A DNA stretch of 64,000 bases from Archangium sp. (lineage in GTDB: Bacteria > Myxococcota > Myxococcia > Myxococcales > Myxococcaceae). This document shows, piece after piece, positions 45,917-55,337 of the stretch (positions are counted from its first letter, which is position 1; the number at the start of each line of letters is the position of its first letter). A program made the translations under genes and the position numbers. The notes beneath the pieces are model-generated. The model did not search any database. It worked only from the letters and a program-made list of their open reading frames with translations, and was not told the DNA's origin. The DNA lies in assembly GCA_047600485.1 (NCBI GenBank), contig JASGKS010000001.1, positions 6,912,259 to 6,976,258 on the forward strand, given 5' to 3'.

Positions 45917-47698
45917 TCAGGTCTTCTGAGTCGCAGGCACGGTGGTGCCGATGAGCTCGCCCGCGTTGAAGCGACGGTCCACCTCGGCCTTGATGAAGCG
46001 CTCGATTTCCTCGGCCGAGCTGAACTTCATCGCCTGCTCGAGGATGTTCACCGCGTCTTCCTTCGTCATCTGGCGAATCACGTTCTTCACCATCGGAATC
46101 TGGCCGGCGGTCATCGAGAACTCCTCGAGGCCGAGCGCGAGCAGCACGATGGTGAGCGCGGCGTCACCGGCCATCTCGCCGCACATCGCGACGGGAATGC
46201 CGGAGTTCTTGCCGGCACGAATGATGTTCTCGAGCGAGCGCAGAATCGCGAGGTGCAGCGGCCGGTACAGGTACGCGACGTCGCGGTTCTGCCGGTCGAT
46301 GGCCAGCGAGTATTGAATGAGGTCGTTGGTGCCGATGCTGAAGAAGTCGGCTTCCAGCGCGAGGCGGTCCGCGATCCACGCCGCGCTCGGAGTCTCCACC
46401 ATGATTCCGATGGGGAACCGCTTGCCGACCGGCACGCCCTGACGCGAGAGCTCGCTGCGGCACGCTTCCAATTCCGAGCGCGCTTCGCGCAGTTCCGAAA
46501 TCGAAGACACCAGCGGGAACATCACGCGAATGTTGCCGTACGCCGACGCACGCAGCAGCGCGCGCAGCTGCACGCGGAACAGCTCCCGGTGCGAGAGGCA
46601 GTAGCGAATGGCGCGCAGGCCCATCGCCGGGTTGTTCTCTTTGTCGTGCTTCTTGCCCGGCACCTTGTCGCCGCCCAGGTCGAGCGTGCGAATGGTCACC
46701 GGCCGATTGCCCATCGCCTCGAGCACCTGCTTGTACGACTCGAAGTGCTCTTCTTCGGTCGGCGGGTGCGTGCGATTGAGAAACAGAAATTCCGTGCGGT
46801 ACAGCCCGATGCCCTCGGCGCCGTGCGCCAGCAGCGACGGAATCTCCTCGGGGAATTCCATGTTGCCGTTCAACCGCACGCGCACGCCATCGAGCGTGAC
46901 GGCCGGCAATTCGGCGGTGCGCAGCGCGGCCTGCTCGCTCTGCAGCTGCCGGCGCATCGTCTCGCGGAAGAGCGCGAGCTGTTCTTCGCTCGGGTTGACG
47001 AGCACCAGCCCGCGGCGACCGTCGACCGCGACCATGTCTCCGCTGCGAATCGACTCACACGCCTTGCCAAGACCGACCACCGCCGGAACTTCACGTGCGC
47101 GCGCGACGATGGCGGTGTGTGAGGTCTGGCCGCCGAGGTCGGTGACGAACGCGCCGATGCTCCCCGAGCGCACCAGCATCGCCGCGTCAGCCGGAGAGAT
47201 GTCGTGCGCGCACACGATGGCGTGCGGAGGCACCTCGAGCTCCTGGTCCACCACCTCGCCCATCAGGTTGCGCACCAGACGGTCGGCGACGAACTCGATG
47301 TCGCTCTTCCGCTCGCGGAAATATTCGTCTTCGAGGTTGTCGAACTGGTGACGCAGCCGCTTGCACACGCGGCGCACCGCCCACTCGGCGTTGATGGTGT
47401 CTTCTTTGATGAGCCGCGAGACCTCCACGATGAACATGGGGTCGTGCAGCATCATGCGATGCGCCTCGAGAATGAGGCCGTGCTCTTCACCGTCTTCGCC
47501 GAGCCGCTTCTTCAGGTCTTCGAGCTGACGGTCGGACAAATCGATGGCCGTCTTGAAGCGCAGCACTTCCGCTTCGGTCTCGGTCTTCGTCAGCTTGATC
47601 TTCGGAGTGCGAACGCGCTTCTCGTCGAGGACGAACGCGTGCCCGACGGCGACGCCGGGACTTGCACCGATGCCCTGGAAGGAGACTGTTGCACTCAA
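45917..47698 (-). CDS. ptsI: Phosphoenolpyruvate-protein phosphotransferase (PTS enzyme I)
   Basis: Full-length EI with phospho-His region GGQTSHTAIVARAREVPAVVG and a PEP-utilising domain. Confidence 0.9.
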   Translation of the reverse strand: MSATVSFQGIGASPGVAVGHAFVLDEKRVRTPKIKLTKTETEAEVLRFKTAIDLSDRQLEDLKKRLGEDGEEHGLILEAHRMMLHDPMFIVEVSRLIKEDTINAEWAVRRVCKRLRHQFDNLEDEYFRERKSDIEFVADRLVRNLMGEVVDQELEVPPHAIVCAHDISPADAAMLVRSGSIGAFVTDLGGQTSHTAIVARAREVPAVVGLGKACESIRSGDMVAVDGRRGLVLVNPSEEQLALFRETMRRQLQSEQAALRTAELPAVTLDGVRVRLNGNMEFPEEIPSLLAHGAEGIGLYRTEFLFLNRTHPPTEEEHFESYKQVLEAMGNRPVTIRTLDLGGDKVPGKKHDKENNPAMGLRAIRYCLSHRELFRVQLRALLRASAYGNIRVMFPLVSSISELREARSELEACRSELSRQGVPVGKRFPIGIMVETPSAAWIADRLALEADFFSIGTNDLIQYSLAIDRQNRDVAYLYRPLHLAILRSLENIIRAGKNSGIPVAMCGEMAGDAALTIVLLALGLEEFSMTAGQIPMVKNVIRQMTKEDAVNILEQAMKFSSAEEIERFIKAEVDRRFNAGELIGTTVPATQKT

Positions 47699-47746
47699 AA
47701 CGAGTCACGCAGACCGTACAACAACGGCGCAGCGTCTGCGCGTACG

Positions 47747-49705
47747 TCACCGCGGCCGGCGAGAGCCCTGCGGAGTGCCGTGCGCGTTCACCCACCCCGT
47801 CGCCGCGAGACCGAGGTCGGGCACCTCGAAGAACAGCAGCCGCTGCGTCGGCACATGGTCGAGGATGTCGATGTCGGACGGGCTGAGGGCCAGCCACTTG
47901 CCGTTGAAGCCCGCGAGCGCCGCGCCGTAGACGGTCGCTCCGCCCGACTCGTTGAGCTCACAGCGCTCGACCGCGCCGCCGGCCGCCGGCACCAGCTGGG
48001 CGCGCGCGCGGTCCCACGAACTCACGATGAGCGCTGAGCCGTTGCGCGTGAGGAACGCCGACTGCGAACCGTCACTGGCATCGTCGAGCAACGTGGTCAC
48101 CGCGCCGCGGGCATCGCGCCGGTCGACGCGCAGCCGAGGAGGCCGCAGCGCGCCGTCCCACGCGAGACGCCAACGCGCGCCGTCTGACGCCAGCCCGCCC
48201 GAGGCTCGCGGCAGCTGCTGACCGGGTGGCACCACCACCTGCCCGTCGAAGGTGTTTCGCTCGGAGTCGTCGCTCCACACCACCCGCTCGCCATCGACGT
48301 ACAGCGGCGTCTCTTCACCGATAGTCACCGGGCCGCTCGTCGTGCCGTTCGCGTCGACGCGCAGGTACGTCGAGGCCGAAGTCGTCGACAGCGTCGAGAC
48401 CACGTGCGCACGGTGCGCTGAGTCGAGCAGCAACGCGCGCGTGCGCCCCGGCAAGGACACGCGGCCCAGCACGGCACCGCTCGACACGGAGAAGCGCACC
48501 AGCGACCAACCGTTCGCCGTGGTGTGACTGACGGCCCACGCCTGCCCCGAGCCGTCTTCGGCCATCAACTCCACCAACTCGCCGCTCAGCGTGCTCCACG
48601 CCTCCTGACCGGTGAGCTGATCAATCGCATGCAACCCATTGGCAGACACGATGAAGAACGCGCCGGCCAACACCTGGCCCGAGCCCGACGCGGTGGTCGG
48701 CCCGAGGTCGCGGCGGAAACGCTCGAAGCCCGTGGCGGTGAACGACACCGCCTCGCAGCGCGACCCGCATTCCACCCAGAACCAGTTGCCCGCGTCGTCG
48801 TGCAGCCCGTCGAAGCGCAGCCAGCGTCCCGTCGCGACGTACGACCAGCGCGCCTCGAGCGGCTCCGGCGCGGGCCGCACGCAGCTGCGTTGATGACACG
48901 CACCGGCGCCCTGACAGAGCGAAGCCTCGGCGCACGTGAAGCCCTCGGGCGGAGTCACCGCGCGGCACGCACCCGCGAGACAGACGTTGGCGAGCTCGCA
49001 CGAGACGTCACCACACGGCGTACCATCGGCGACCGGCCCCACGGTGCAACCCAGAGCCGGGTCGCAGCGCGCGGCGAGGCAGGGCTCGGTCGGCGCGGTG
49101 CACTGCAGCGTCGTGTGCTGGCAACCGGAACCCACGGCGCACGAATCGACGGTGCACGGGTTGGCGTCGTCACAAAGCGCCGCGCGGCCGATGCACACGC
49201 CGGACGAACACGAGCCCGAGTCGACGCACGCCGCGACGTCGGAGCAGGCCGTCCCTTCTTCCGCTGCCTCGCGCACGCAGCGCAGTTGATCAGCGTCGAA
49301 GCGCACCACCTCGCACGGCCCGGCGGCACCGCACGCTTGCTGCTCCACGCCTTCACCGCGCAGCACGACCGTCGCGCCACCCAGCTCGAGCACGCCGTCG
49401 CTGAGGCCGGCTTCCGTCGGACTGAAGGTGACCTCGAGACGCTCCTCGGTGCCTCCGCCGACGGTCACCTCATTGCGCACCGAAAACGGAGCGGTCGTCG
49501 AGGGCGTCAACGTCACTGGAACGCGCGTGCGGTTGGTGATGGGCAGCACCGCGACCCTCGAATATCCGAGGGCGGTGGCGGGGAACTGCAGCGAATCTGG
49601 CAGCTCGAGCGAACCCTCACCGACGCCAACCACGCGCGGTCGCTCGCATCCCACCAGCGCCAACAAGAGCACCACCCCGAACGCACGTCGCACGTCCCGC
49701 CGCAC
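47747..49705 (-). CDS. Lipoprotein with Myxococcus-type Cys-rich (CDDxNPCTxDxC...GC.H) repeats and beta-propeller-like C-terminus
   Basis: Lipobox LLLALVGC. CDDANPCTVDSCAVGSGCQHT-type repeats. Confidence 0.55.
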   Translation of the reverse strand: MRRDVRRAFGVVLLLALVGCERPRVVGVGEGSLELPDSLQFPATALGYSRVAVLPITNRTRVPVTLTPSTTAPFSVRNEVTVGGGTEERLEVTFSPTEAGLSDGVLELGGATVVLRGEGVEQQACGAAGPCEVVRFDADQLRCVREAAEEGTACSDVAACVDSGSCSSGVCIGRAALCDDANPCTVDSCAVGSGCQHTTLQCTAPTEPCLAARCDPALGCTVGPVADGTPCGDVSCELANVCLAGACRAVTPPEGFTCAEASLCQGAGACHQRSCVRPAPEPLEARWSYVATGRWLRFDGLHDDAGNWFWVECGSRCEAVSFTATGFERFRRDLGPTTASGSGQVLAGAFFIVSANGLHAIDQLTGQEAWSTLSGELVELMAEDGSGQAWAVSHTTANGWSLVRFSVSSGAVLGRVSLPGRTRALLLDSAHRAHVVSTLSTTSASTYLRVDANGTTSGPVTIGEETPLYVDGERVVWSDDSERNTFDGQVVVPPGQQLPRASGGLASDGARWRLAWDGALRPPRLRVDRRDARGAVTTLLDDASDGSQSAFLTRNGSALIVSSWDRARAQLVPAAGGAVERCELNESGGATVYGAALAGFNGKWLALSPSDIDILDHVPTQRLLFFEVPDLGLAATGWVNAHGTPQGSRRPR

Positions 49706-49735
49706 AGCAAATGAGGTGCCGCCGCGTGAACCCCG

Positions 49736-50764
49736 GTGCTACGGCGCACGGCTGACGTGAGCGGGCTCGTCAAACGCCTCGAGTGGTTGATGAAGGTGTG
49801 CCTCGCGGTGGCGATGTCCATCGTGTGGTGGCGTGCGCGCCGTTCGGTGGAGCCGGCCCGCGCGAAGCAGCGCGTGCTGCTGGTGCGCATCGACAATCGC
49901 GTCGGAGAAGCGCTCCTCACCACGCCGCTCATCGACGCGCTCGCGAACGCCGGCCACGAAGTGCACGTGCTGACGCACCCGAAAATGCGCCGCGTGCTCG
50001 ACGGCCACCCGAACGTCGCGAAGCTCCACGACTACTTCGCGAAGTGGAGCGTGCTCTCCGCCCTGCGCGCGCTTCGCTTCGACGTGGTCATCAACTGCGG
50101 CAACTGGGACCTCGAGTCCGTGACTTCCGCGCTCGTCGCGCGCGCGTGCGGCCCGAAGTCGGTGGTGGTCGGCCCGGCGAACTTCCCCTCGGGCTGGTTG
50201 ATGGACGTGGGCGTCGCTGCGATGCGCGATTCGCGCTCGGAAGCCGCGCAGCGCAGACATCTCGGCTCGCCGCTGGTGAAGATGGAAGGCCCCGCGAAGC
50301 TCTCGTTTCGCCCGACGCGCGAGTTCCGCGTGGTCGAGGGCCGCTATGCCGTCGTGAACCCGGGCGGGCGGCTCGGCTTTCGTCGCGTCTCGCCCGAGCG
50401 TTTCGCCGCCGGAGCGCGCGCGCTGCTCGAGCGCGGAGTGACTCCGCTCGTCACCTGGGGCCCCGGCGAAGAGGCGCTGGTCGACGAGGTGGTGAAGCTC
50501 GCTCCGGGAGCGGTGCGCGCGCCGGCGACGACGATTGATGAGCTCGCCTCGCTCATGCGCGGCGCGGAGCTCACGCTCTGCAACAACACCGGCCCCATGC
50601 ATCTCTCGGTGGCGGTGGGCTGCCCGACGGTCGCACTGTTTCTCCACATGGAGGTCGCGCGCTGGGGCCACGCCTTCGCTCCGCACCGCATGATTGACCT
50701 CACCAACGCCGCGAACGCTGATCAGCTCGTTGCCGCTGGTGTGCAGGTCTCTGCACAGTCATAG
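49736..50764 (+). CDS. Glycosyltransferase family 9 (heptosyltransferase-like)
   Basis: KILVVR-type N-terminus (VLLVRIDNRVGEAL) and C-terminal NNTGPMHLS motif. Confidence 0.65.
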   Translation: MLRRTADVSGLVKRLEWLMKVCLAVAMSIVWWRARRSVEPARAKQRVLLVRIDNRVGEALLTTPLIDALANAGHEVHVLTHPKMRRVLDGHPNVAKLHDYFAKWSVLSALRALRFDVVINCGNWDLESVTSALVARACGPKSVVVGPANFPSGWLMDVGVAAMRDSRSEAAQRRHLGSPLVKMEGPAKLSFRPTREFRVVEGRYAVVNPGGRLGFRRVSPERFAAGARALLERGVTPLVTWGPGEEALVDEVVKLAPGAVRAPATTIDELASLMRGAELTLCNNTGPMHLSVAVGCPTVALFLHMEVARWGHAFAPHRMIDLTNAANADQLVAAGVQVSAQS

Positions 50765-50831
50765 TGTCTGTCGTTGTTTTGTACCGTCAGCATCTGGCGT
50801 GGCCGACGCCGATGCGCTGAGGTTCCCCGCC

Positions 50832-52844
50832 ATGACCCCATTTCGTTCGACGTTGCTCGCAGCGCTCATGTTGCTCGGTGCGTGCGCCGAGCCTTCCGTT
50901 CCCCCGCGTGCGTCAGGTTCGCTCGCCGTCTCTCAAGACGGTCTGACCGTGTTCGCCGCCGACACCGACAACGGGCTGCTGCTCGTGGTCGATGCGAAGA
51001 CGCTCGAGAAGAAGGGCGAAGTGAAGGTCGGCGCCCAGCCGTTCCGCGTCTCGGTCGGCAACGACGGCACCGTCTACGTCGCGAACCGCGGCAGCCGCAG
51101 CGTGAGCGTCGTCTCCCCGAAGGACTTGAGTGTGGTCGCCGAGCTCCCCACGGGCGTCGACCCGGTCGGCATGCAGCTCTCCGCCGACGGCAGCAAGCTG
51201 TACGTCGTCTCGGCGACGTCGGCCGATGACACCAGCTTCGGCACGCTCACCGCGTTCGACACCGCCACGCGCGAGCAGCGCTGGGTGTTGCCGGTCGGCG
51301 AGGAGCCGCGCGGCCTCGGGTTGATCAGCGGCGAGCGCGCGGTCATCAGCCAGTACAAGTCGGGCCGCCTCGTCGAGGTCGACCTCGCGAACGGCACCGT
51401 CAGCAAGCCGAACGTCGAGTTCTACGGCGCGCTGAACGCGCAGGCGCTGCAGGGTCCGCGCAGCGCGTACGGTCTCACCTCGTTCGCGCCGCGCGCGATG
51501 ACCGACGTCGCGGTCAGCCCCGACGGCACGCGCGCCTTCGCGACCATGATGCTCTCGCGTGAAGCGCCCATCCTCACGCAGCCCACGCCCGACACGCCTT
51601 ATTACAAGGGCCAGGGCCCGCAGCTCGCCGGCTCGGTCTCGACCGGCGGTCTCGTCACGCTCGACAACAGCACCGGCTCGCTGACCCCGCAGGTCGATGA
51701 CGTGAGCGGCTATGGCTACGGCATCCGCTACGACGCCACCATCGGCGGCACCGCAGCGACGACCGCCGGCGACCACCCGCAGACCAGCTTCGCGGTGAAT
51801 GGCTTCGACTCGTCGCCCATTCTTCAGGGCCCGAGCGTGGCGGTGGTCGACAGCTCCGGTGACTGGCTGTTCGTGGTGAACAAGGAATCGAGCAAGCTCG
51901 CCATCGTCAGCGCGAACCGCAACGTGGCGAAGCCGAACCAGGCCGCGAGCTCCAGCCCGTACGCGTACAACCAGGTGCAGCTGCCCTCGGTGCACAGCAC
52001 GGCCTCGATTGGTGCCGGCGCCGACGGAGTCGCCATCCTCACCGACAACAAGACCACGCTCGTCTACAGCCAGTACGAGCACAAGCTGCAGAAGTTCTCG
52101 CCGGCGAACGACGGCACGCTCGCCCTGCAGGGCACGTCGATCGCGCTCGCGCCCGACACGCTGCCGGCCGACGAAGTGCTCGGCCGCAAGATGTTCCACG
52201 ACGCCAACAACCGCATGATGTCGGCGGTCGAAGCGTCGGTCGCGTGCAGCAGCTGCCACCTCGAGGGTCGTGACGACGGCCACACCTGGCAGTTCCCCGA
52301 TGGTCCGCGCCAGACGCCGACGCTCGCGGGTCGCGGCATCAAGGCCACCGCGCCCTTCCACTGGAGCGGCGAGTTCCCCGACCTCCAGGCGTTCCTCACG
52401 CACACCATCACCGCGCGCATGGGCGGCAAGGGTCTGTCGCAGATCGAGGTCTCGCAGCTGAACGCGTACGTCGACTCGGCGCCTGCTCCGGAAAACCCGT
52501 ACCTGCAGAAGAACTCGCCCGAGCAGATTGCGCGCGGCTCACAGGTCTTCGCGCGCGCGGGCTGCGACACGTGCCACTCCGGTCAGTGGCTCACCAACAA
52601 CACCAACGTCGACGTCGGCAGCCTGGTGCTCTCGGGCATCAACCCCGACAACGGCCTCGTGATGCAGGGCCTCAACGTTCCGTCGCTCAAGGGTCTGGCG
52701 CGCAGCGCGCCGTATCTGCACGACGGCTCGGCGATGTCGCTCAAGGCGCGCGTGCTGAAGAACCCGGGCGACAAGCACGGCGTGACCAGCACGCTCTCGA
52801 CGGCTGACGTCGACGACCTCGTGGCGTACCTCGAGACTCTGTAA
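50832..52844 (+). CDS. Lipoprotein with YVTN-type beta-propeller fused to di-haem cytochrome c peroxidase domain
   Basis: Signal LLAALMLLGAC. CSSCH and CDTCH haem motifs; blocks shared with the 1..1404 paralog. Confidence 0.7.
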   Translation: MTPFRSTLLAALMLLGACAEPSVPPRASGSLAVSQDGLTVFAADTDNGLLLVVDAKTLEKKGEVKVGAQPFRVSVGNDGTVYVANRGSRSVSVVSPKDLSVVAELPTGVDPVGMQLSADGSKLYVVSATSADDTSFGTLTAFDTATREQRWVLPVGEEPRGLGLISGERAVISQYKSGRLVEVDLANGTVSKPNVEFYGALNAQALQGPRSAYGLTSFAPRAMTDVAVSPDGTRAFATMMLSREAPILTQPTPDTPYYKGQGPQLAGSVSTGGLVTLDNSTGSLTPQVDDVSGYGYGIRYDATIGGTAATTAGDHPQTSFAVNGFDSSPILQGPSVAVVDSSGDWLFVVNKESSKLAIVSANRNVAKPNQAASSSPYAYNQVQLPSVHSTASIGAGADGVAILTDNKTTLVYSQYEHKLQKFSPANDGTLALQGTSIALAPDTLPADEVLGRKMFHDANNRMMSAVEASVACSSCHLEGRDDGHTWQFPDGPRQTPTLAGRGIKATAPFHWSGEFPDLQAFLTHTITARMGGKGLSQIEVSQLNAYVDSAPAPENPYLQKNSPEQIARGSQVFARAGCDTCHSGQWLTNNTNVDVGSLVLSGINPDNGLVMQGLNVPSLKGLARSAPYLHDGSAMSLKARVLKNPGDKHGVTSTLSTADVDDLVAYLETL

Positions 52845-54524
52845 TCAGTACGCTTCAACGCCGTTGCCGACCGGGACGAACAACATCCCGTCGGCGGCGG
52901 CAAACCCGGCGAGCGGATTCGAGACGTTCTGCTCGTCGGGAGTCCGTACCCCGCTCACCGCGAACGACGACGCGAGCGAGCCATCAATCACGTTCACCGC
53001 GAAGAGATGTTGGCCGCTCGCCACGATGACGTGCGGGCCGACGACGATGGGCGCGGTGTTGATGGTCTCGGTGCCCGCGTCGAACGTCCACGCGATGGAG
53101 CCACCGTCGAGTCGCAGCGCGCGCACCGACGTGCCCGGCGTGGTGAACGCCACGTCACCCGAGAACGCGGGAATGAAGCGGCTCGAGTACGTGCCCAGCT
53201 CGAGACCCGTCGTGGCGCCGAGCATCAGGTTGCCCATGAAGTCGCGCGTGAAGATGCGGCCCTGGTACGCCGCCACGTTCTTCCCGCCGCCGCCCGAGCA
53301 CGCACCCGAGTGGTGCCACAGCTGCGCACCCGTCGAGGGATTGAAACCCCACGCCTGATTGCACGCATACGAGACGAACACGCCGTTCGGCGTCACCGCC
53401 GGTGAGCTCGTGTTTCCGTTCGCGACGGGCATCGTCCAGCGCACGCCGCCGTCTCCTGCGTTCAGCGCGTACACGGTGCCGCCGCTGCCCGCGGCGCCCG
53501 TGTAGACGAGTCCGTTCGCCGCCGTCGGCGCGGAGTCACACGAGTACTGACCCGGCACCTGGCGCGCCCACAACACGGCGCCGCTCGCTGCATCGACGGT
53601 GGTCATGAAGCCACTGGCGTTGATCGCGAACACGCGGCCGTTGTCGTACGCCGCCGCGGCCCACCAGTACGTGCCGCCCAAATCGACCGGCCCCCACACC
53701 ACGGCGCCGGTGAATTGATCGAGCGCCCACAGGAGATTTCCGTAACCGGCCTGGTTGGTGTGCGAGACGACGTACACGCGGCCGTCGGCGACGACCGGGT
53801 AGCCGGCGGCTCCACCCAGGTCGCGCGACCAGCGACGGCACAGCGGGAGTCGGAGCAGATCATTCGGCTGCGCGCCGGTGTGCGCGATGTCGACCTGGTA
53901 CGTGACCGAGCTCGTGCCGGTGGGAATGCGCGGGTAGCAGCCGGCGTCGTCGGGGCCCGCGTCGGGGTCGAAGAAACCCGCATCGCGCACTCCGGCATCG
54001 GGAGTTCCAGCGTCCGGCTCTCCGGCGTCGGGTTCGCCCGCGTCTGGTGTTCCCGCATCGGCTTCACCGGCATCGGTCTCTCCAGCATCAGGCGTCCCCG
54101 CATCGGGCCGGCCCGCGTCGATGAAGATGCGCAACGAGCGCCCGAGAATCGACACGCGCACCTGAGGCGACGTGCTCGCGTTCGACTCGATGAGCAGCGT
54201 GGCGCCGTCAGCTCCTTCGGTCATCGGCGCGCGGTAGCGAACGTTGAGGGTGAAGCTCGCTCCGGCTTCGAGCGTGGGCGGGAGCATGCCGACCATGAAC
54301 GCCTGCCGCGTGTCTCCTTCGAGCGTCGCGTTGGTGAGCGAGAGCGGCGCGTTGCCGGTGTTGGTCAGCTCGAGCGTGAGGTCGTTCATGCTGCCGGGCG
54401 AGCGGTTGCCGAAGTCGAGCGCGAGCGGCACGACCTGCAAGTCACCGCGCGCCGAGGAGATGTTGGGCCCGCAGTCACAGCCCGACACCACGACGAGCAG
54501 CAGTCCCGCCAGAGCGATGCGCAT
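52845..54524 (-). CDS. Lipoprotein with DAG(T/E)PDAG repeats and PQQ/BamB-like beta-propeller
   Basis: Lipobox VVSGC. Seven DAGxPDAG repeats, then WAL..FTGAVVW-type propeller blades. Confidence 0.6.
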   Translation of the reverse strand: MRIALAGLLLVVVSGCDCGPNISSARGDLQVVPLALDFGNRSPGSMNDLTLELTNTGNAPLSLTNATLEGDTRQAFMVGMLPPTLEAGASFTLNVRYRAPMTEGADGATLLIESNASTSPQVRVSILGRSLRIFIDAGRPDAGTPDAGETDAGEADAGTPDAGEPDAGEPDAGTPDAGVRDAGFFDPDAGPDDAGCYPRIPTGTSSVTYQVDIAHTGAQPNDLLRLPLCRRWSRDLGGAAGYPVVADGRVYVVSHTNQAGYGNLLWALDQFTGAVVWGPVDLGGTYWWAAAAYDNGRVFAINASGFMTTVDAASGAVLWARQVPGQYSCDSAPTAANGLVYTGAAGSGGTVYALNAGDGGVRWTMPVANGNTSSPAVTPNGVFVSYACNQAWGFNPSTGAQLWHHSGACSGGGGKNVAAYQGRIFTRDFMGNLMLGATTGLELGTYSSRFIPAFSGDVAFTTPGTSVRALRLDGGSIAWTFDAGTETINTAPIVVGPHVIVASGQHLFAVNVIDGSLASSFAVSGVRTPDEQNVSNPLAGFAAADGMLFVPVGNGVEAY

Positions 54525-54539
54525 GGAGCGCGATGCTAC

Positions 54540-55337
54540 TCACTCCAGGCGAGGCGGTAACGGAACGCACTGCGTCCCCGCGCACGCGACGACCACGCGC
54601 ACCTGCCACGCGTCGAGCGTCCACTCGTTGCCGGACCACGTGACGTCTTCGGCCGTCGTTCCGTCGAGCACGCGAATCGTCCCCGTCGTCATCGAGTCGG
54701 GGAACACGAGTCGCTGCCGCGCGGACAAGCTCGCGCCGATGGTCTGTCGAGCGGTGTCGAGCAACTTCGACTGCGGTCGCACGCGATCGACCTCGAGCAA
54801 CATCGTCGCGTTGCGCACGTTGCGGGTGCGCGCCTTCTGCACGGTCACCACGCGGCGCGACAAATCGAAGTCGAGCCACTGCCATTCCAGCGGAGGACTC
54901 ACCGCGAAGCCGGGAATCGAGAGCACGTTCTTGCGCCCGTCGAACTTCCATTCCGGCGGCTCGTGCCACGCGCGCAGCAGCTTCGAAGTGCCTTCTTCGA
55001 GCGCGTCGAGCACCGAACTCAATTCAGCGCGCGTCACCCTCGAGGTCGGAGCGAGCGTCACGCGCTGCTCGGTGCCCAGCGCCGCGACGTCGACGTTCCA
55101 CGTGCGGCCTTCTCGCGTGAGGCTCAGCGTTCCCGCGAGGCGGTCGTCGGCAACGACGCGAAAGCCGCGCCGCTCGAGCGTGAGCCACGTGGCGTCGAAG
55201 ACTTCGTCGGTCGCGCCGCTCCACGAGCGCGTCGCGAGCGCACGCGCTTCGGTCTCACTGAGCGGACCACTCGAAACACAGCCGCTGATCAGCACCACGA
55301 AGAAGAGAGACCGCGCCAGGTTCAGAAGCACTTCCAC
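54540..55337 (-). CDS. Lipoprotein (hypothetical)
   Basis: MEVLLNLARSLFFVVLISGC. Confidence 0.45.
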   Translation of the reverse strand: MEVLLNLARSLFFVVLISGCVSSGPLSETEARALATRSWSGATDEVFDATWLTLERRGFRVVADDRLAGTLSLTREGRTWNVDVAALGTEQRVTLAPTSRVTRAELSSVLDALEEGTSKLLRAWHEPPEWKFDGRKNVLSIPGFAVSPPLEWQWLDFDLSRRVVTVQKARTRNVRNATMLLEVDRVRPQSKLLDTARQTIGASLSARQRLVFPDSMTTGTIRVLDGTTAEDVTWSGNEWTLDAWQVRVVVACAGTQCVPLPPRLE

